Assembly (NCBI GenBank): GCA_043821285.1
Contig: JBDRCZ010000040.1
Location: forward strand, 582 to 64,581
DNA from: Candidatus Omnitrophota bacterium
Lineage (GTDB): Bacteria; Omnitrophota; Gorgyraeia; B26-G9; JBDRCZ01
Reading direction: 5' to 3'
Length of the DNA: 64,000 bases
Shown here: positions 58,192-64,000 of the stretch, piece after piece
Layout: each line of letters opens with the position of its first letter
Position numbering within the stretch: position 1 is the stretch's first letter
Position numbers and translations under genes: made by a program
Notes under the pieces: model-generated
Database searches by the model: none
The model's input: the letters and a program-made list of their open reading frames with translations, nothing else
What the model was told of the DNA's origin: nothing

Positions 58192-59169
58192 CTATACGGA
58201 GTTAGACGATCGACCCTTCGGGCAAATTTTGCCTAATGCAAAATTTGGGCTTATAACTATATGGTCAATCAGGGGAGAAAGGGCATTAAGTAAAATAATG
58301 CTAAACATTACCCCTTCTGCATATCCGGAAAATGCCCGGATTAAAACCGTAAGCCCCCCGCAGCCAATTCCAAAAACAACCTTACCTTTCATGGTAAAAG
58401 GTGAAGTAACCGGATCCGTGGCCATAAAAAACGCCCCGAATAAAAGTCCGCCGGATAAAAGCTGAAACCAAGGCGGGGCAACATTTGCCGGGAGGAAATG
58501 ATTACCGATCGCACTCAAAATAATCACCGTGCCGATATAAAAAACCGGGATCCGCCAATTAGCCACTTTAGTATAAACCAGGAATATCCCCCCGAGGATT
58601 ATTCCCCAGCAAAAATTCTCTCCGATACTCCCGGCGGTTTGACCGAACAGTAGGCTAACTAAAGGGGTAACTGTCTGTGTTGTCTTATACAACACGAGCG
58701 GTGTAGCAGAAGTTATGGCATCAGTAAAAGGCATCTGCCAGCAAGCGTTTATAATTGTTGGGAATGTTATTGTGATAAATAATCTCCCAACTAATGCCGG
58801 ATTAAAAATGTTTCTTCCCATGCCGCCAAATACTTCTTTGCCAAATACCACCCCAAAAACTATTCCGACCGCAACTATCCATAACGGGATTGCCGGCGGC
58901 AGGATTAACGAAAAAATTAATCCGGTTACGAAAAATCCTTCGTCCAACGGTTTTTTACGCACTAACGAAAACACCAATTCCGCCAGTCCGCCAAAAATAT
59001 AAGCAACCGCAATAATTGCCAATACCCTTGGTCCGTAAAAATAAAAAGCCGCTGCCACAGCTGGCAAAAGAGCAACAATCACCATACCCAGGTATCTTTT
59101 TATATCCAGGCCATCGCGGATAAAAGGGGCCGTGGTCGTGGTTTTATCCGGGGTTTTTATCAATTCCAT
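58192..59169 (-). CDS. rnfD: Rnf/Nqr membrane subunit (RnfD/NqrB-like)
   Basis: GKEVFGGMGRNIFNPALVGR, DAITSATPL, FMATDPVTSP. Confidence 0.9.
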   Translation of the reverse strand: MELIKTPDKTTTTAPFIRDGLDIKRYLGMVIVALLPAVAAAFYFYGPRVLAIIAVAYIFGGLAELVFSLVRKKPLDEGFFVTGLIFSLILPPAIPLWIVAVGIVFGVVFGKEVFGGMGRNIFNPALVGRLFITITFPTIINACWQMPFTDAITSATPLVLYKTTQTVTPLVSLLFGQTAGSIGENFCWGIILGGIFLVYTKVANWRIPVFYIGTVIILSAIGNHFLPANVAPPWFQLLSGGLLFGAFFMATDPVTSPFTMKGKVVFGIGCGGLTVLIRAFSGYAEGVMFSIILLNALSPLIDHIVISPNFALGKICPKGRSSNSV

Positions 59170-60556
59170 TCTCGATTAACCTTTTTTTTGCCTCGGCGAT
59201 TTTCTCAGCTAATGGGATCTTAGCGGGACAGACATAAGTACAGAGATTGCAGTCAATACAATCAAATATTCCATAACCCTTAAGCTCTTCGTTGACCGGT
59301 AAATTTGCCTGTCGATATAAAAATAGGGGCATGATTTTCACGGGGCATACCTCCAGACAATAGCCGCATTGTATGCAGGGTCTTTGTGCTGCGGTTAAAC
59401 TGGTTGTTGGTATTTTTTCTCCGCATGAAAAAAATGTTCTTGAATAAGAGTCTGTTTTTATTTGCGGACTAATCGCGGCAAAAAACTTTCTCTCTTTTTC
59501 TTCCGGGATAGCAATAAGCTGTGCCGCGGTATGGTCTATAGGCAAAGACCAGTCCGGTAACTCAACCCCGCCCAGTAAACTATTCAAAATAATCTTCACC
59601 CGCTCATTTTTCAATCTATTTTTCAGAATATCTTCTAACGCTGTCCCGATCCTTATCTTCAGGTGAAGATTTTCCTTAAATCCTGGTCCAGATAGAGCAA
59701 TTACGCGCTCAATTAACGGCCGGCCTTCTGCGGTGGCTTCATACACTGACCATACTGTCGGGATAGTTAAAACAACTATTCCCATGTTTGCGATCGAATA
59801 ACCCGCAGGACATTTTTTATTTAATACCGTGTGGATAAGCATCTTATCCCGCCCTTGTGGATATTTAGCAATAACCGGAATGATTTCAAATTCATCCAAT
59901 TGCCTGGTGATTTTTCTTATTTTTTCAATGATATCCTGCTTTTCCGAATTTAATACCAACTGCACCCTGGCGCGGGGCATAATTTTCTTAAGTATTTTTA
60001 TCCCTTCGACAAAATGAAAAAGATTCCCCCCGTCGATAAAAAGTTCTAATGAGCTATTATAAACATCAGAACCCGTGCCATGAATAATCAAATCTTCAAC
60101 ATCTGCCGGCATAATTAGGGAACTTTTGAAGCGGGTGGGTATACCTTGATCTAAGGCGGTAACTCCTGATTTATAAAGCAGTTCTTCGATTTTTTCTGCG
60201 GATAATTTATCCCATTGTGCTAAACATCCCTCAATCCTCTGAACACTTGCCCCCCCATCACCTTCGATAACAATCATGGTTACTTCTTGTTTAAAATAAC
60301 TCTTTACCTCAATCGCTGTGACTTTACCATTAATTGAGTAATGCACCGGGGAAGATACGGAAAAATCATTGCGGGCGATAATCTCGCCGGCAAACACCCG
60401 GTCATTTACTTTAACCTTCGGCTCAAGCAATGCGGCAAATCCCGGCGTTAAAGGGATGCTAACTTTCTTGGGAAGCGCTAATTCTACACATCTATTTTCC
60501 GGCTGTCCCTTAAAATTCCTAAATCGGTATCCACCGCTAAAACTTTTCCCGGGCAT
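59144..60556 (-). CDS. rnfC: RnfC/NqrA-like subunit with 2x[4Fe-4S]
   Basis: RnfC N-terminal sandwich region, KYPQG, SLBB (RIGT), CIQCGYCLEVCP, CIDCNLCTYVCPAKI. Confidence 0.85.
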   Translation of the reverse strand: MPGKSFSGGYRFRNFKGQPENRCVELALPKKVSIPLTPGFAALLEPKVKVNDRVFAGEIIARNDFSVSSPVHYSINGKVTAIEVKSYFKQEVTMIVIEGDGGASVQRIEGCLAQWDKLSAEKIEELLYKSGVTALDQGIPTRFKSSLIMPADVEDLIIHGTGSDVYNSSLELFIDGGNLFHFVEGIKILKKIMPRARVQLVLNSEKQDIIEKIRKITRQLDEFEIIPVIAKYPQGRDKMLIHTVLNKKCPAGYSIANMGIVVLTIPTVWSVYEATAEGRPLIERVIALSGPGFKENLHLKIRIGTALEDILKNRLKNERVKIILNSLLGGVELPDWSLPIDHTAAQLIAIPEEKERKFFAAISPQIKTDSYSRTFFSCGEKIPTTSLTAAQRPCIQCGYCLEVCPVKIMPLFLYRQANLPVNEELKGYGIFDCIDCNLCTYVCPAKIPLAEKIAEAKKRLIENGIDKNPG

Positions 60557-60600
60557 AATTATATTAATTTTTTATGACAACTTTAATTTTCATCGAGCAA

Positions 60601-61704
60601 CTAAAACTTAACCACCAAATCAACCTGAATAACCTCCTCATCACTTTTACTGCCGGCTTCTGTTTCTGTGCAGTAATAATCAACGGTAAACACGACATTC
60701 TTTTGCAAGGCATAATCAAATATTAACTCATATCCTTTAGCATTCGTGCCGCCATTATTAAAATCCGCATCCGGGAAGATATCCAGCAATGCATCTCTTT
60801 CAACATCACTATACTGAAAAATAAACTTCCAGTCATCTTTTTCCTCCAGCACCTTTTTCCCAACCCAGGCACCAATTCTCCCCGCCTCTTTTTTGACCGA
60901 GGCTTCAGTATTATATATATAGTCCGTGATAATTCCCATGGGGACTTCTCCGCCCAATGTTTTGCCAAAATCTATAACTAGCGTTGGGTTAATTAGCTGA
61001 AAGTTTTTAGGATACACTCCGCCACTTAGCGTATTTGTACCTTTCCCCTCCACCGGTATATAGCCTTTAATTCTATTAAACCCATAATAGGTAATACCGG
61101 CATCCATGTTTATCCCTTCATCAGTTTTTGTTTTTGTCTGCAGTTGTACCGCCCCAAGCCAGGGATCATTACGCTCGGCATCGTCTATTGCAAACATGCC
61201 AAAAACCAAAACATATTCCCCATAATCCTTCGATTCCCCAGAAACAATATTCATCACCGCCCCGTCAAAAGTCACATCTGTATCCCAGACCATATCGGTA
61301 CAAAAAAATGGATTTTTAAATTTTCCCCCTTTTATGTTCATGGACTCATTCGGGGTATAATCCACATAAGCTAAATCCAGCCATAAATCTTTCTTCCGAA
61401 ATTCTCTCGCTAGTGTCTGGTTCGTCGATGTTGGCGAGGCATCACTTCCGGAGGCTATTCTTGCCCCAACCTTAAACTGGTCATTTACCTTTGTTTCAAA
61501 TCCATACCTGAATCTAAGCCTTTGACGGTTCGTATCCATACCAGGGTCATTTGTTTCATGCTCATACCTCAGACGTATATCACCCTGCCATATTATATTA
61601 TTCATCCATGGAGCCGTGTTTCTAATTACCGCAGCATAACCCACCGGCATAATTCCCACGAGAAAAAATACACCAAGCAATATCACTACAAATAAATTTT
61701 TCAT
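60601..61704 (-). CDS. Putative outer-membrane porin (beta-barrel)
   Basis: Signal peptide, GDIRLRYE, RQRLRFR, PTSTNQTL, C-terminal QVDLVVKF. Confidence 0.85.
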   Translation of the reverse strand: MKNLFVVILLGVFFLVGIMPVGYAAVIRNTAPWMNNIIWQGDIRLRYEHETNDPGMDTNRQRLRFRYGFETKVNDQFKVGARIASGSDASPTSTNQTLAREFRKKDLWLDLAYVDYTPNESMNIKGGKFKNPFFCTDMVWDTDVTFDGAVMNIVSGESKDYGEYVLVFGMFAIDDAERNDPWLGAVQLQTKTKTDEGINMDAGITYYGFNRIKGYIPVEGKGTNTLSGGVYPKNFQLINPTLVIDFGKTLGGEVPMGIITDYIYNTEASVKKEAGRIGAWVGKKVLEEKDDWKFIFQYSDVERDALLDIFPDADFNNGGTNAKGYELIFDYALQKNVVFTVDYYCTETEAGSKSDEEVIQVDLVVKF

Positions 61705-61899
61705 AACATCTCCTTTTCATATTAATACCAAATTTTGGGTTAATACCCCACCAGCTTCACCAGTAATATATTGGCGGATCTGCGATTTTTTAGCGGGGAA
61801 TAAATTTCCCTGCCTGTTGGGTTAACTACAATCAGGGCACCTGACAGACACTAAGCAAGGTGGGATTATTATCGCTTCCATAAAATAATTATACCACAT

Positions 61900-63039
61900 T
61901 TATCTGATTTTATTTAATATCTTTTTTAATCCGGAAGAATAGATTATTTTGTCAGAAGTATCTACAAACATAACTTCCATCCGCGGTATTTTCGCAACAA
62001 TCTCCATCCCTTTTTTTGGTCCAAGCACAAACAGCGCCGTTGCCCAGGCATCCGCAAGCATTGGGTCAGGATAAACAACCGTAATCCCGGCAAGTTCATC
62101 CGCGGGGCAGCCGGTCTTTGGATTTAATATATGATGATATCTTTTACCATCTTTCATAAAAAACCGCTCATAATCCCCTGAGCCCATAACCGCTAAATCT
62201 TCGATCTCCAGATATCCTAAAAGATTTTCCTGTCGCGGTGCCTGAATACCAATATGCCAAGACATTCTGCCTTTCTTACCCATGGCATACACATCTCCTC
62301 CCGCGTCTACCAATGCCGCACTTATCCCGCTTGCCTTTAAAACCTTTACCGCCTCAGAAACTGCATATCCTTTGGCAATACCTCCTAAGTCAATGGCAAT
62401 ATCCGGATTATCCTTTTCTAAAATCCCATTATTTATGCTCAAGTGCTCATAACCAACCTTTGTCAAAGTTTCCCTGATTTGCTGCTGCGATGGCAGGTGT
62501 GGTTCATTTTCATTAAACCCCCACAGGTCAATCAAAGGAGCAACGGTTATGTCAAATAACGCATTAGCATCTTTGGCTACCTGCAAAGCCGCGGCTACCA
62601 CGGTAACAATCTCTTTATCAGAAATCGCAACCCCCTGATGATTAAAGGCAAACAAAGGACTTTTCGGATTAAGCCGGTTAAATTTCACATCAATTTCCTG
62701 CATCCGGTCCAACGCCAGATTAATTGCCGGTAAAGTAATTTTACGCGCGCCCACCGCTGAAATGGTTACATAGGTATCCATCATAAAACGCGTCTGTTTT
62801 TCTACCTTTACCCCCCGCGGGTAAGCCCGTGGTCCCGTTATCTCTTGGAAAATTCTTTGCATTTTTTCAGCTAAATGCCGCAGAAAATTAGAAGGAGAGT
62901 CTGCTGTGGTTTTTACAATAACCAATGCAATAATTATAATAACCGTATATTTTGCTTTCCTTGATAAAAATTTTCCGATTAACACTTTTAACCCTATCAT
63001 GTTATATTTTTTAGTCTTTGCTTTGGCAGGGAAGAACAA
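61900..63039 (-). CDS. apbE: FAD:protein FMN transferase
   Basis: FDITVAPL, IDLGGIAKGY, SGDYERFF, YHHILNPKTG, ADAWATA. Start uncertain (63000 possible). Confidence 0.93.
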   Translation of the reverse strand: MFFPAKAKTKKYNMIGLKVLIGKFLSRKAKYTVIIIIALVIVKTTADSPSNFLRHLAEKMQRIFQEITGPRAYPRGVKVEKQTRFMMDTYVTISAVGARKITLPAINLALDRMQEIDVKFNRLNPKSPLFAFNHQGVAISDKEIVTVVAAALQVAKDANALFDITVAPLIDLWGFNENEPHLPSQQQIRETLTKVGYEHLSINNGILEKDNPDIAIDLGGIAKGYAVSEAVKVLKASGISAALVDAGGDVYAMGKKGRMSWHIGIQAPRQENLLGYLEIEDLAVMGSGDYERFFMKDGKRYHHILNPKTGCPADELAGITVVYPDPMLADAWATALFVLGPKKGMEIVAKIPRMEVMFVDTSDKIIYSSGLKKILNKIR

Positions 63040-63074
63040 GATTTACCTATAGCATCAATTCCATGAGCTGCATT

Positions 63075-64000
63075 TTAGGCGAATTTTGAGGCATTATCAA
63101 CCATTTTATGACTTCTAAATTCTACCTCCAGGTACATGGCCGCAATAAATTCACTTAAAAGCGGTACGATATTGCACAGGTTCTTTATCTTTTTTAACTC
63201 CGAGCTGCGTAGAGCATGTCTGGCTATCTCCCAAAAACCCGGAATAGCTGTCCATGATAAATAAAGTACCGCGGCAATTCTTTTTTGGGAAATTTTTAAC
63301 ACTCGTAAGGGGGACAATATCCTCGTTAGTCCCTTAACCAATGCCTCTGGAGAAGTCGTCCTCACTAATACGGCACTTAAGCTTATTAAAAAAACAATCC
63401 GCAAGGCAAACAAAATACCCGTTGTTAGACCATCAGCTGTGATTTTAAAATCAGCCAAGCCAAAATCAGAATTAAAAAACAAAGGCAGCAAAAACGCCGC
63501 TAGAATCAGCGCGCTGGCAGGTTTGGTTTTTGCAAAAAGGAAATTGACCGAAGTTTGTGAAATAACCAGCACGCTGCTCAAAAATAAAAATAACCAGAAA
63601 TAAAGCCACAAATTACTAAAGATTAACACCAGCAAAGACAAACTAAAAATAAGCACAATCTTTATTTCTGCTGCAAGCCGGTGAACAAAAGAACTACCCG
63701 GTAAGTACGGCATGTCCCACCCGCTCGGGTTATGAAAAGAACACGAGCGTGGAAAAATGTGTTGTATTTTCCGTGGATGCATCTTCCCCGCCACTTGTGA
63801 AGGAAAAAATTCATGCTTGTTTAATATTTGGCAGACCCTGGCCGCAACAACCCCAGTCACCCCACCCATAAGCACCGCACCAATGCACAACCACGGCAAA
63901 AACACAAAAATCCCCGGATGTCTAATCAGCAAAAAAAATGCTAAACATATCTGCACAATATTATGAAAAAGCGCGCCAATTATACTGATACCAATAATAC
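63075..64000 (-). CDS. Gx transporter (heptaprenyl diphosphate synthase component I-like) fused to EcfT-like domain, 5'-partial
   Basis: GISIIGALFHNIVQ..FLPWL (Gx-like); YLPGSSFVHRL..KI..RTTSPEALVKGL (EcfT/CbiQ-like). Frame open to the window edge. Confidence 0.75.
   Translation of the reverse strand, partial: IIGISIIGALFHNIVQICLAFFLLIRHPGIFVFLPWLCIGAVLMGGVTGVVAARVCQILNKHEFFPSQVAGKMHPRKIQHIFPRSCSFHNPSGWDMPYLPGSSFVHRLAAEIKIVLIFSLSLLVLIFSNLWLYFWLFLFLSSVLVISQTSVNFLFAKTKPASALILAAFLLPLFFNSDFGLADFKITADGLTTGILFALRIVFLISLSAVLVRTTSPEALVKGLTRILSPLRVLKISQKRIAAVLYLSWTAIPGFWEIARHALRSSELKKIKNLCNIVPLLSEFIAAMYLEVEFRSHKMVDNASKFA

Overview
AT-rich bacterial chromosome segment. Gene content and the style of the very large secreted proteins suggest a PVC-group organism such as Ca. 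Omnitrophota (inference only). (1) 1-27.6 kb: a head-to-tail minus-strand array of five large paralogous genes (>1641, 2861, 1007, 1508 and 1729 aa; the first runs off the window and is absent from the ORF track), plus a sixth family member at 48956-51877. All six share an N-terminal export signal (FKLIxxxLI[NQ]xFFCLDIxxxAGG...L[AS]PA). All five complete ones end in V[EQ]xAI-COOH. The middles are largely unrelated mosaics of normally cytoplasmic domains (SAM methyltransferases, PPDK-like dikinase, GNAT, XRE/LuxR/sigma70-r4/winged HTH, HEAT) and intact or degenerate zincin modules. The array and the orphan share a near-identical promoter block. This is the best candidate for an undescribed polymorphic effector/export system. 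(2) 28-37 kb: an internally deleted IS, a methyltransferase, a DEAD-box helicase, tRNA-Ser, tadA, htpX-like, lemA, a nitroreductase, tRNA-Arg and a deleted RAYT. (3) 37-48 kb: a Wzx/Wzy-type polysaccharide locus whose wzc is bracketed by a perfect 77-bp inverted repeat. (4) 52.7-64 kb: apbE, a porin and an Nqr/Rnf hybrid operon whose NqrF-like subunit is fused to NuoE/NuoF. Intergenic DNA is full of short-period inverted-repeat elements and deleted remnants (GxxExxY, BrnT, DUF2442, MNT, group II intron 3' end). All domain calls are by-eye motif recognition, not database searches.
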